Below, piece after piece: positions 1-14,019 of a DNA stretch of 64,000 nucleotides. The DNA is taken from contig OZ024749.1 of the NCBI GenBank assembly GCA_964016885.1, positions 36,828,001 through 36,892,000 of the forward strand, given 5' to 3'. Source of the DNA: Eledone cirrhosa (lineage: Eukaryota). Made by a program: the position numbers and the translations under genes. Numbering within the stretch: the stretch's first letter is position 1; each line of letters opens with the position of its first letter. The notes beneath the pieces were generated by a model that was not told where the DNA came from, did not search any database, and worked only from the letters and a program-made list of their open reading frames with translations.

Positions 1-226
1 GGCACAGGCATTGCTTTATATCTGGAGATCTCTCTGCACTTGTCATCACAGGGTACCATGGGCCCAGCACTATGTGTCAGTAATTGTCACAAGTGTAGTG
101 TTTGTACCAAAGTTTTCAAGTCGCTGGCTGGACTAAAAAGTCACACTCGTTCAGCGCATCAGTAGGGGTTCTCCTACATGGATATAAAGTAGTGGCCGTA
201 CTCGAAAACGAGTTGGCAGCCACCAT
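1..226 (+). mobile_element. Dispersed repeat family A, 3' part (cut by window edge)
   Basis: Near-identical to 1075-1300, 6023-6250 (rc) and 30508-30735 (rc); all copies end in ...GGCAGCCACCAT followed by a TA-type repeat. Confidence 0.85.
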
Positions 227-894
227 ATGCCTATGTATGTATATATATATATATGTGCCTGTGTATGTATATGTATATATATGCCTATGTATGTATATAT
301 GTGTATATGCCTATGTATGTATATGTATATATATGCCTATGTATGTATATATATATATATGCCTATGTATGTATATGTGTGTGTATGCCTATGTATGTAT
401 ATGTGTGTGCCTATGTATGTATATATATATGCCTATGTATGTATATATATATGCCTATGTATGTATGTATATATATGTGCCTATGTATGTATGTATATAT
501 ATGTGCCTATGTATATATGTATATATATATGCCTATGTATATATATATATATATGTATGCCTATGTATATATATATGTGTATGCCTATGTATGTATATAT
601 ATATGCCTATGTATATATATGTATATGCCTATGTATGTATATATATGTGTATGCCTATGTATGTATATATATATATATGCCTATGTATGTATGTATATAT
701 GTGTGCCTATGTATGTGTGTATATATATATATATGCCTATGTATGTATGTATATGTATATGCCTATGTATGTATATATATATGTATGCCTGTGTATGTGT
801 ATATATGTATATATGCCTATGTATGTATATATATATATATATGCCTATGTGTGTATATGTATGTGTATATGCCTATTTATGTATATATATATAT
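227..894. repeat. TA-derived compound satellite with recurring ATGCCTATGTATGT
   Basis: Motif recurs every ~20-30 bp between variable (TA)n. Confidence 0.95.
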
Positions 895-1300
895 AGATGA
901 CCCCTTAGCCTTTGTCAAGGCAGAATTCTAGGAGAAGGAAAACTCTGATATAACACCTGCAACCCTGATGGTATCCAATGATGTTGACTTGTTCTTCTTT
1001 TTGGTAAATATCATCTTGGTTAAGAGAGTGGGACTGGCTTTGTGCAGTGCCTTTGCTCACTATAAAAGCTTCACGGCACAGGCATTGCTTTATATCTGGA
1101 GATCTCTCTGCACTTGTCGTCATTTGGTACCATGGGCCCAGCACTATCTGTCAATAATTGTCACAAGTGTAGTGTTTGTACCAGATATTTCAAGTCGCTG
1201 GCTGGACTAAAAAGTCACACTCGTTCAGTGCATCGGTAGGGGTTCTCCTACATGGATATAAAGTAGTGGCCGTACTCGAAAACGAGTTGGCAGCCACCAT
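895..1300 (+). mobile_element. Family A copy, 5'-truncated
   Basis: Matches rc of 30508-30913; ends CAGCCACCAT(AT)n. Confidence 0.85.
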
Positions 1301-1330
1301 ATATATATATATATTTAATATAGAAATGGC

Positions 1331-1375
1331 TTCTACAGGACTAGAACTGTTTCATTCGGAGGAAATCATCAGGAG
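1331..1375 (-). ncRNA. Type I hammerhead-like motif, weak stem I
   Basis: Minus: CTC-CTGATGA-T-TTC ctcc GAA-T-GAA-ACAG ttctagtc CTGT-A-GAAG; lies within ~25-bp inverted repeats 1312-1337/1450-1475. Confidence 0.55.
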
Positions 1376-1538
1376 AGCCGACTGTCAATGAAATACGGTT
1401 GTATTTATACATTTTCTGGTGGTAGGGGTGGGGGGAGGTTATTGGCTGGTGTAGAAGACATTTCTATATTAAATATTTATACTCTGCTATGTATTAAGTA
1501 TCTTACTTACTGTGGTCACCCCCGACTGAACCCGGGAT

Positions 1539-1678
<140 letters not shown>

Positions 1679-1737
1679 ACACACATATATATATATATAC
1701 ACACAGAGAGGGAGAAAGATAGAGAGAAAAAAATAAC

Positions 1738-1782
1738 TTCTACAGGACTAAAACTGTTTCATTCGTATAAAATCATCAGGAA
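1738..1782 (-). ncRNA. Type I hammerhead-like motif, same family as 1331
   Basis: Minus: TTC-CTGATGA-ttttatacgaat-GAA-ACAG ttttagtc CTGT-A-GAA; 3-bp stem I, 4-bp stem III. Confidence 0.6.
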
Positions 1783-2238
1783 TAATGTGTGTTTCCGTTT
1801 CTCTGTGTCTTTCTTTTTGTATATCGGTGCATTAAACCGTAATGTTTCCAAGAAGAGAACTAGGCAGCGTTTTGATTGGTCAACTGCTGTCCTTAGTGGG
1901 CGGAGTTAAAGATAACTGTCACTCAGGCTTGTCAATGAAGCACGTCAGTCACTGTGATATAGTTACTGGCAGCGTATGTTGATCTGTCTGTCTGGTGTTG
2001 GTTGTTGTGGTGTTACTGGTGTTGAGGGCTTTTTATATATACAGATGGACAGGCAAACAGATATATAGTTGTGGTTATATATATATATAGATTTTGAGTA
2101 TATGTTGGTTGTATACCAACACCTAAGTATGCAGGCTGGAGCACTCGACGAAGTGCGCAGGTTAGTTTGGTTACTCCGGAGTAATGTAAAATAAAGTTAA
2201 ATAAAAAGTCAAATGTTTAAAATTTAGCTTCGTTTATT

Positions 2239-2293
2239 ACTGCCATATATATTTCAGTGACAGCCATCTTTGGCTGTGACCTCTTCAGGCAGT
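2239..2293 (-). ncRNA. Type I hammerhead motif with non-canonical G17
   Basis: Minus: ACTGC-CTGAAGA-G-GTcACAGCC aaagat GGCTGTcAC-T-GAA-ATATATAT-G-GCAGT; 5-bp stem I, palindromic stem III. Confidence 0.75.
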
Positions 2294-2403
2294 CCGAATT
2301 AGTGAGGTATAGACAAGTACATATGTTGTTGAGGTGTATAATTTTGTCAATACTCTGATATGTCCAGTTCCTGGTTAGGTTGTTATTTCTCTGAGGAACT
2401 GGA

Positions 2404-2467
<64 letters not shown>

Positions 2468-2543
2468 CAACCACGCAGTATTCTTCTTTCTTCTCATGTT
2501 TTATATATATATATATATATTTATTAAAATAACAGATTAAAGT

Positions 2544-2590
2544 TTAAGCAAAGAATCGCTGCTTTCACCCTTAACGGGATCTTATCAAAA
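2544..2590 (-). ncRNA. Hammerhead-like motif with U3-A8 core (TTGATAA)
   Basis: Minus: TT-TTGATAA-G-ATCC cgttaa GGGT-GAA-AGCA gcgattctt TGCT-T-AA; stem I only 2 bp. Confidence 0.5.
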
Positions 2591-2782
2591 TGAAAATCTG
2601 AAGGCAAGGTAAAATTCCAATCATTTAATCACGACACATGTTTCAATAAGAGATAGATCGAGTGTGAAGCCATGATCGATTATCACTGATCATGGCTTCA
2701 CAATCGATCTATCTCTTATTGAAACATATATCGTGATTAAATGATTGGAATTTTACCTTGCCTTCGGATTTTCATTTTGATA
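2583..2782. repeat. Fold-back inverted repeat, ~95-bp arms, 10-nt loop
   Basis: 2583-2677 is rc of 2688-2782 with a few mismatches. Confidence 0.95.
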
Positions 2783-2936
2783 CTTATACTCCGTTTTACA
2801 TCATCTAGCTGTTCCCATGAATGGAATTGGAGATATACAAAAGCGTGGAGAACTTAATATTGCTAACATAAAGTTATTGGACCATTTTACACAACCAATA
2901 ATGCACCTTACTATATATATATATATATATATATAT

Positions 2937-3072
2937 GTCCAGAAATAGCCGTCGAAACGGCTTGAGCTCTGCCGTCGGTGTCATACTTTTTCCTATTACC
3001 CACTCTACTACCCTAAGCATTGAGTAATCTGGTGCGTTATGGTCTATCTGGTTCCTTACCACAATTCCTTCG

Positions 3073-3075
<3 letters not shown>
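2937..3075 (+). mobile_element. Family B cassette (3' half of a hammerhead plus ~100-nt tail) in (TA)n
   Basis: GTCGAAACGGCTTGAGCTCTGCCGTC...TTCCTTCGTTA(TA)n; homologous pieces at about ten other sites. Confidence 0.85.
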
Positions 3076-3114
<39 letters not shown>

Positions 3115-3334
3115 ATTAGAACCCTGTAACCATTAAGCTCTAAGTATAAAGTACAAATAAATACTGAGCCGATTAACAATATATAGTAAGAAACACAGTA
3201 AACCGTGTGTCGAAAATTACAAGGGTTGAAAAACCACATATGTTTGAAATATTTAACCAAGAAACAGACAGAATGACAAAATGAAAATAAAAATATATTA
3301 TCATAATTATACAAACCGCCTCAATAACCATTAT

Positions 3335-3416
3335 ATCTCTCGGACAGATTATCCCTAATCTGTTTCGCCCTGAGTGTGTTTGTAACAGATAATCCTGGGC
3401 TTCATCAGCGAGAGAT
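3335..3416 (-). ncRNA. Canonical type I hammerhead ribozyme
   Basis: Minus: ATCTCTCG-CTGATGA-A-GCCC...GGGC-GAA-ACAGATT agggat AATCTGT-C-CGAGAGAT; 8-bp stem I, 7-bp stem III, GUC triplet. Confidence 0.9.
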
Positions 3417-3430
3417 TGCGATTAAATGCC

Positions 3431-3517
3431 ACAAACACATCTGTATTTATATTGCAAAAGAAAATTTAGCCATTCTGGCTAAATTTTCTTTTGCAATATA
3501 AACACAGATGTGTTTGT
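3431..3517. repeat. Fold-back hairpin next to the hammerhead
   Basis: ACAAACACATCTGT...TTTAGCCA ttc TGGCTAAA...ACAGATGTGTTTGT. Confidence 0.9.
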
Positions 3518-3651
3518 ATTTGTGTTTCATCATATATATTAATTTATACACGGCTCAGAAATATTTCTTTCTTCGAGCTAATTCCATTGTAAAAGAATTC
3601 ATTACACTTAATAATATATATATATATATATATATTATTAAGTGTAATGAA

Positions 3652-4012
3652 TTCTTTAGAAGGAGAATCAGGGTGGAGAGAGAGGCACTGCACCCCAGTA
3701 AATTTACTGAAAGGTGGGTGAATGAAGCGAAAATGGCCCGAGTGATTGGGCCTTCTCTGTTTATAAGCCTGTAGGTTGAGGAAGAGAGCAAAGGGAAGAA
3801 AGGAGCACTTGCACAACACGCTCCTTGAGTTGAGGGTTGTTCTATCGACGGGGTATTAAACAACCCATTTGTGGCGCCTCCCCCCTATTGGGGATTTCGA
3901 TTGTTGAAATTGTTTGTTTTTATATTTTTTACACGACTGTATGTAAAATCCCCGGCATGTCTTTGTATTGTCCCCTTTCTTGTTGCGCCCTTGTGGCTAA
4001 TAAAGAAATCAA
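3652..4012 (+). mobile_element. 3' end fragment of L1/Tx1-like LINE
   Basis: Similar to 27277-27604 (RRIRVEREALHPSKFTERWV; GCCCTTGTGGCTAATAAAGAAAT tail). Confidence 0.85.
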
Positions 4013-4085
4013 TATATATATATATATAAATGAAAGGTATAGAGAACATTGTAGCAAAAAGCCAACAGTATTCCATAGTATATAA

Positions 4086-4718
<633 letters not shown>

Positions 4719-4771
4719 ATGTAGTGTGTGCATATATATATATATATGTGTGTTGTGTATATATATATATG

Positions 4772-4992
4772 TGAAGGCGTGTGGCTGAGTGGTTAGAGAA
4801 TTGGATTCGCAATCGTAAGGTTGTGAGTTCGATTCCTGGACCAGGTGATGCGTTATGTCCTTGAGCAAGACACTTTATTTCACGTTGCTCCTTCTACCTG
4901 GAATTGCGACCGATAGATAGTATTAGCAATTGGAAAGACCAACGGAAACATTGTTCCCTCGGTCCGATTTGACGAAAGTCGATCGTTCCTTT
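4772..4992 (+). mobile_element. tRNA-derived SINE
   Basis: A box TGGCTGAGTGG, B box GTTCGATTCC, TGTCCTTGAGCAAGACACTT core; second copy at 14401-14620. Confidence 0.9.
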
Positions 4993-5041
<49 letters not shown>

Positions 5042-5048
5042 GTGTGCT

Positions 5049-5385
5049 TACAAGGATTGGATGGGTCATATTCAACACAGCATCTCTCCACTCGTCGCGT
5101 TCGTTCGTCATCTCCTCTGTGAATCTCAGCGATTTGAGATCAGTTCTCGCCACCTTTGCCCAAGTCTTTCATGCTCTGCCACTACTGCGGCTTTCTTTCA
5201 CATGGATTTCATCGCACATCTTCACTCACCGATCATCATTCATCCATCCATGCGTATCACATGTCCATACCAGCGCAGTCTTCTCTCTGGCACACCACTT
5301 CTGATTCCTCTTAAACCCAGATTCTTATTCCCTAATTTTATCCAACTTCTGCCTTTCTCTCACATTTACATTGCGCATCCAAATA
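5049..5385 (-). mobile_element. RTE-clade LINE 3' fragment, degenerate
   Basis: Minus translation [13 protein letters not shown]...[34 protein letters not shown] resembles the RTE C-terminus. Confidence 0.8.
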
Positions 5386-5414
5386 TATGTTTATATATAT
5401 ATATATATATTAAG

Positions 5415-5471
<57 letters not shown>

Positions 5472-5511
5472 ATATATACACACATATATATATATATATA
5501 TATTTATATAC

Positions 5512-5728
<217 letters not shown>

Positions 5729-6022
5729 AATATATATATATGTATATATATATATATGTATATAGATATAGATATATAGTGATATTAATAAATGTGAAGA
5801 CTGAAATCCAATTACCTTAATATATATATATATATCTGATAACAAGGTATCGTTTAAGGTAATCCAGTTAGAGGTTGTGAGTACTCTGTGTTGAGGATAG
5901 TTTTAACGTACGGTGTTGTTTGACTCACCTGATTAAAGAAACAATTGTTAATACTGTAAAGAAACCCTTTTGTATAGCCGGCCATGTTATTCTTCATTCA
6001 TTCTTTTACGATATATGTATAT

Positions 6023-6387
6023 ATGGTGGCTGCCAACTCGTTTTCGAGTACGGCCACTACTTTATATCCATGTAGTAGAACTCCTACCGAAGCGCTGAAC
6101 GAGTGTGACTTTTTAGTCCAGCCAGCGACTTGAAAACTCTGGTACAAACACTACACTTGTGACAATTATTGACACATAGTGCTGGGCCCATGGTACCATG
6201 TGACGACAAGTGCAGAGAGATCTCCAGATATAAAGCAATGCCTGTGCCGTGAAGCTTTTATAGTGAGCAAAGGCACTGCACAAAGCCAGTCCCACTCTCT
6301 TAACCAAGATGATATTAACCAAAGAGAAGAACAAGTCAACATCATTGGATACCATCCGGGTTGCAGGTGTTATGTCAGAGTTTTCCT
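6023..6387 (-). mobile_element. Family A copy
   Basis: rc of ~937-1300. Confidence 0.85.
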
Positions 6388-6400
6388 ATGTATACATACA

Positions 6401-6436
<36 letters not shown>

Positions 6437-6773
6437 TGAATAAAGTTAGTCCTTCATCAGTGATCTTCCAACCATCATTGGTATTTCATCGCTTTAAAGA
6501 CCATATACCTCCGGTTGGTGCGAGCAACGGCTAAAAAAAGTCGTTGGGACACGTAAATAAAGGCGACACGAGAGTGTAAACAAACAAAGATGGTGAAGCA
6601 ACGAAAAGTGAGGAAGAAGGAGTCAAGTCCCAAATTTCCATGAATATAAGTTCGGTGAAATCGTGATATATATATATATATATATATGTGTCTGATGGTA
6701 GCTAAGATGCTTCCATAGGCGGTATGCCAGTTGAGCACTCTATGCTCTTACAGAGTAGAGTATGATATATATA

Positions 6774-7053
<280 letters not shown>

Positions 7054-7113
7054 TATATATATATATATATATGTATGTATATATATGTATATATATATGT
7101 ATGTATATATATG

Positions 7114-7145
<32 letters not shown>

Positions 7146-7170
7146 TACATATATATATGTATATATATAT

Positions 7171-7326
<156 letters not shown>

Positions 7327-7641
7327 TGTATATATATATGTATATACAATTGTCTATTTATCTACTGGTCCATAGATGAAGTTGAAATAAAGGGGAAAAA
7401 AGATTTTAAGCCCGCTTTGGTCATTCGGTTTAAGATAGTTGGGAGATTGAGTCCCAAAGGTGACTATGTCCCCTTCTTTCCGTCTGTAGGGGCTAATAGG
7501 CCCAATTTATTAGACTAATTTTCATAGTAAAAAAATGACGTTGAATCCGTTAAGTTTAAGCTAATATATATTGAATATAAATACATGCACATATATATCT
7601 ATATATGTATTTATGTGATTTATGTATATAACATAAATTCA

Positions 7642-7675
<34 letters not shown>

Positions 7676-7716
7676 ATGTATATATATATATATATATTTA
7701 TACGTGTGTGTGTGTG

Positions 7717-7761
<45 letters not shown>

Positions 7762-7840
7762 GTATATGTATATATATATATATATACACACACACATATA
7801 TATATATACATATATACATATATATATATACATACATATG

Positions 7841-7882
<42 letters not shown>

Positions 7883-7963
7883 TATATATATATATATATA
7901 CATATATACATATATACACATATATATATACATACACATATATACATATATACATATATAAAT

Positions 7964-8014
<51 letters not shown>

Positions 8015-8041
8015 CATACATACATTTATATATATACATAC

Positions 8042-8090
<49 letters not shown>

Positions 8091-8107
8091 CATATACATA
8101 TATATAT

Positions 8108-8243
<136 letters not shown>

Positions 8244-8587
8244 TTGTGTGTCTAGTGATGGTGGTAGCGACACAGATTTGTGAATTAGGAAATCGAACAA
8301 CGACGCTACTACTACTACTACTACTACTACCCCAACCACCACCACGAAGAAGAAGAAGAAGAAGAAGAAGAAGAAGAAGAAGGAAAAGAAGAAGAAGATT
8401 GCTGTTTGACTGTAGTTCGAACGTGACTTTCGATCTTGACAAACTGCTGTGAAAGTAGATGACAATCATATCTATGGTTTGAACTCCGAATTACAAACTT
8501 ACATCTCACGCTGAGACAACTAACATCGCATCTCTTTATATCTTGTTGAACTTTCTAGAATAATGTAATAACATCTACAATAACTTA

Positions 8588-9670
8588 CTACCATCACCAT
8601 CATCATCACCATTACCATCATCACAACCATCACCACGACCATCACAACTACCATCACAACTACCATCATCACCATCATCATCATCACAACCATCACCACG
8701 ACCATCACAACTACCATCATCACCATTACCATCACCATTACCATCATCATCACAACCATCACAACTACCATCACCACCATCATCACCATTACCATCATCA
8801 CAACCATCACCACGACCATCACAACTACCATCACAACTACCATCACCACCATCATCACCATTACCATCACCATTACCATCATCATCACAACCATCACAAC
8901 TACCATCACCACCATCATCACCATCATCATCATCACAACCATCACCACGACCATCACAACTACCATCATCACCATTACCATCACCATCACCATCATCATC
9001 ACAACCATCACCATTACCATCATCACCATTACCATCATCATCACAACCATCACCACTACCATCACAACTACCACCATCACCATCATCACCATTACCATCA
9101 TCACCACTACCATCATCATCACCACCATCACAACTACCATCACCACCATTACCATCACCATTACCATCATCATCACAACCATCACAACTACCATCACAAC
9201 TACCATCATCACCATTACCATCATCACAACCATCACAACAACCATCACAACTACCATCATCACCATTACCATCATCACAACCATCACAACTACCATCATC
9301 ACCATTACCATCATCACTACCATCATCACTACCATCACAACTACCATCATCACCATCATCACCATTACCATCATCATCACAACCATCACCATTACCATCA
9401 TCATCACAACCATCACCACAACCATCACAACTACCATCATCACCATTACCATCATCATCATCACAACCATCACAACTACCATCATCACCATCACCATCAT
9501 CATCACAACAATCACAACTACCATCACAACTACCATCATCACCATCATCATCACTGCCATCATCAGTACCACCACCATGCCCTCTCCATCACCACCACGA
9601 CCATCACAAGCACTACCATCACACACTACCATCAGCCCCACACCCACCAATCACTACCATAACAACCATT
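8588..9670. repeat. CAT/CAC-type trinucleotide compound array
   Basis: Seen directly; source of the spurious M/V-rich ORF. Confidence 0.95.
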
Positions 9671-9694
9671 ATCACAGAGATGCACGGTAACCAA

Positions 9695-10527
9695 GTATGG
9701 GACAAGGCTGCCCCCTTTAAATTCCACCTACAAATCATTTTGTTTTACAATAAAAGTGGCTGAGTATTCCACATACAGCTTGTACTTTTAACCTAATTAT
9801 TCCTGAGATTCAGTCTACAATCTATCTTTTAGCAGTATCGGTAGAGCATAGGGTAACATGCGTTGTGGCATAGAATTACGGCCCTTTACGTTCTGAGTTC
9901 AAATCCCGCTGAGGGGTCAATAAAAGGATAAAATGAAGTATATATATATATATAGGAAAAGAGTCAAGGGGTCGACGGCTGAGCTCCGGCCGTTTCGATT
10001 AAATCAACCCCAGTGCATTACTGGTACTTCATGTTATCCTTTTATCGATCCCTTGACTCTTTTCCTATATATATATATATATACTTCATTTTATCCTTTT
10101 ATCGACCCCTCAGCGGGATTTGAACTCAGAACGTAAAGGGCCGTAATTCTATGCCACAAAGCAGAAGACGCCGACGGCTGAGCTCCGGCCGTTTCGATTA
10201 AATCAACCCAGTGCATTACTGGTACTTCATTTTATCCTTTTATCGACCCCTTGACTCTTTTCCTATATATATATATATATATACTTCATTTTATCCTTTT
10301 ATCGACCCCTCAGCGGGATTTGAACTCAGAACGTAAAGGGCCGTAATTCTATGCCACAACGCATGTTACCCTATGCTCTACCGATACTGCTAAAAGATAG
10401 ATTGTAGACTGAATCTCAGGAATAATTAGGTTAAAAGTACAAGCTGTATGTGGAATACTCAGCCACTTTTATTGTAAAACAAAATGATTTGTAGGTGGAA
10501 TTTAAAGGGGGCAGCCTTGTCCCATAC
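9695..10527. repeat. Complex inverted duplication (~280-bp arms) with internal ~185-bp direct repeat; SINE/family B chimera
   Basis: 9695-9975 is rc of 10243-10527; 9973-10158 is repeated at 10173-10358. Confidence 0.9.
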
Positions 10528-10577
10528 AATATATACAATATATTAACAAATGGAAACTATATTTATAAAACCATATT

Positions 10578-10643
10578 TATTTCATTATACATATTTCAAG
10601 GGCTACCAGAGCAAACTATGGTGCGCTTTCATCAGATAAAATA
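10578..10643 (-). ncRNA. Type I hammerhead ribozyme
   Basis: Minus: TATTTTAT-CTGATGA-AAGcGCACCA tagtttgctc TGGTaGCcCTT-GAA-ATA tg TAT-A-ATGAAATA; cassette 10543-10720 is homologous to rc 29490-29668. Confidence 0.8.
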
Positions 10644-10819
10644 TAATATAGGTTAGTTTTATAAATAAATATTGACATACCCTTAAAAAATGCAACCATT
10701 CTGGTTGGAATCTCCTGGATTTGTTAATATATTGTATATTTACTCCAATAATTTGTTGAGTGCTTTATATCAGTTATAAAAATATTTTGCTTGTTGTATC
10801 CCAACAAATTAAATATAAC

Positions 10820-10929
<110 letters not shown>

Positions 10930-11129
10930 TATATATGGGTGTGTGTGTAAATATTGTGTATGGGTATATGCGTGTATGCACCTATACAAGTGCGAGCACA
11001 CAAAAATCTATATATCCCTTAAAATAGGAAAAATGAGTTAGAGAGAGAGAGAGAGAGAGAGCTAGAGAGAGATGGGGAACATTCTAAAAAAAACATAAAG
11101 GACAGAAAAAGTAAGGATATTATTGTTGC

Positions 11130-11163
<34 letters not shown>

Positions 11164-11632
11164 GATGTGAATGTTGTACAAGATAGTTAGATAGTTTTGG
11201 CGTAAAGAATGTTTGTTTTTGAAAAACAGTGGAGAGTCTCTCAGCGGGGAAAAAAGGTGGAGGAGAGGTGGTGATGTTGGTGGTGGTGGTGGTGTTTGTG
11301 GTGGGTTGTGGTGGTGGTGGTGGTGTTTGTGGTGGTGGTGGATTTGGGGGGGGGGGGGGGGGGGTAAAAACTGCCTCAGAAGCCCGATACAAAAGCGAGA
11401 TAAGAAAGGAGAACGGCAATGTAATTATGATATGGTGTTTTAGTAGCAAAGGTTAGCATCTCTTCAAGTAATAAACGACGTTTAGTTTGCGACGTGGACT
11501 TGAAAAGTTAAGATCTAATATTAAGATAGATCACAAGATGTTTTCTACAGCGTTCAACCCTCTTACAAGTTACGTTATTCAAAACCAATCTCTATTTATA
11601 TAAATCATCTAGCGTCTTTGCCCCTCTATGTT

Positions 11633-11667
<35 letters not shown>

Positions 11668-11694
11668 CTGTATGTGTGTGTGTGTGTATATATG

Positions 11695-11777
<83 letters not shown>

Positions 11778-11802
11778 TTATATATATATATATATTCATA
11801 TA

Positions 11803-11939
<137 letters not shown>

Positions 11940-12539
11940 ATTTATATATATATATACATATATATATACACATATATATATATTTATATATATATATATA
12001 TATACACACATATTTGTATGTATATATATATATATATATACACATATTTATATGTATGTATCCATTTATATAAATATCCATATATACATCCACTATATTT
12101 ATGGATATGTAGGGGTGTTGTATAATTATATATATATATACACACACACACACGCACATATATATATATAATAAATGAAACAAAAGAAAACCAACGAAGC
12201 ATGTATATATATGTATATATATATAATTAAAAATTCATATATATATATACATACATACATGCACACACATACACACATATATATACATACACACCTACGT
12301 ATATAAATATATATGTATATGTATATATGATATAGGATACAAGTCGGTCCTTTTTTTTTATATATGTTTCATCGTTTTTCCTCCATGAATTTTCTTCAGC
12401 ATCTCTTCTTTCTTTTTCCTGTTTTTCTTCTTTCTTTCTTTTCTATTTTTTGAGAAAAAGTTTTTATATTTTCAAAATGTATCTTCAGTCTTTCTAACAG
12501 TTGACCATCTTATTTCTAAACCTTCGCCATCTTTGTCCC

Positions 12540-12571
<32 letters not shown>

Positions 12572-12862
12572 TGTATGTATGTATGTATGTATGTATGTAT
12601 GTATGTATGTATGTATGTATGTATGTATGCATGTATGTGTGTATGTATGTATGCATGTATGTATGTATGTGTGTATGTATGTATGTATGTATGTGTGTAT
12701 GTATGTATGTGTGTATGTATTTATGTATGTATGTATGTATGTATGTATGTGTGTATATATGTGTATGTATGAATGAATGCATGTAATCCCCCTCTCTCCC
12801 TCTCTCTACCTATCTATATATCTATCTATCTATATATATATTTATATATATATATATATGTA

Positions 12863-12923
<61 letters not shown>

Positions 12924-12979
12924 TACATACACATGTACTCATACATATATCTATGTATATATACACACACACATACAAC

Positions 12980-13087
<108 letters not shown>

Positions 13088-13375
13088 CATATATTTATAT
13101 ATCAAAATGGCTCCAAGATGCTGATGACAGTTCGCACTCATCTTACAATTATTGAACTTCCAAGTATTGTCCAAGGGGTGAAAGAGCAGAGTGACACACA
13201 ATATATAACACAGTACAATGATGGAGAGAGACATTACAACAAAATAGCTGAGACGAGAGAAAACATGTTAATTAAAATATAGGAGCTTTCGTGAAATAAA
13301 TCAAAATGGCCGACTTCTAGCGCGTTCAACAAAATAGCGCTCTCTCGCACTCTTTATGTACGTATGTCTGTATAT

Positions 13376-13422
<47 letters not shown>

Positions 13423-13450
13423 CGTGTATATATATATATATGTGTGTGTG

Positions 13451-13505
<55 letters not shown>

Positions 13506-13559
13506 AGTGGACAATTTAGATCAATTTGATGCAAAAGACATTGAAGCCAACAATATTTC

Positions 13560-13965
13560 CCGATGTTGCTTCTTATAGAACTGTTCAACGACAGCGATGC
13601 CCCATTGGTGGATAATTCGTTTCGAAGCACATCATAGTGATTCGTTCATAGGAAAGCGGCAGCCATATTGAACAAACAGGGGAGTTACACCATAACATCA
13701 TCACCACAACAATCACATTCACCTAAGCCCCAACATCAACCCAAAGAAATTTAAGAATTCTAATAGTTTAGCTCGGACAGTGTTGATACTTCGTATCGTA
13801 ACATTTAGTACAAAACAACTCTAAGACTGGATCACATTAAAAAACTAAAGCCATTTCTCTAATACTGCAAAAATCTGAAAAGGATAATAAATATATTGGA
13901 ATTAACAAACCGCATGAAATGACATTAACAAGACATTCTTGAAAAATACGAAACAACAAAATGAT
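13560..13965 (+). pseudogene. Possible very decayed PLE GIY-YIG endonuclease region
   Basis: Fragmentary translations RCPIGG*FVSKHII, KFKNSNSLARTV and GINKPHE resemble PLE endonuclease motifs in the expected order; many stops and frameshifts. Confidence 0.35.
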
Positions 13966-14019
13966 CAGATCACTTTAAATATTTGTGTCTACTTTAATAC
14001 TATTTGACCACTTGCGAAG

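Noticed and set aside
4772-4845. tRNA gene (also 14401 and 43421)
   Set aside because: A and B boxes run into a SINE body, with TSDs at two copies; no complete cloverleaf.
8497-8575. Possible minus-strand host exon (GTAAGT donor at 8497-8502); similar site at ~42183
   Set aside because: At most a 17-codon open stretch with no recognisable protein; the 42183 candidate has stops in all frames.
13121-13165. CTGATGA followed by AGTTC...GAACT hairpin
   Set aside because: No GAAA/UH or closing stem I found.
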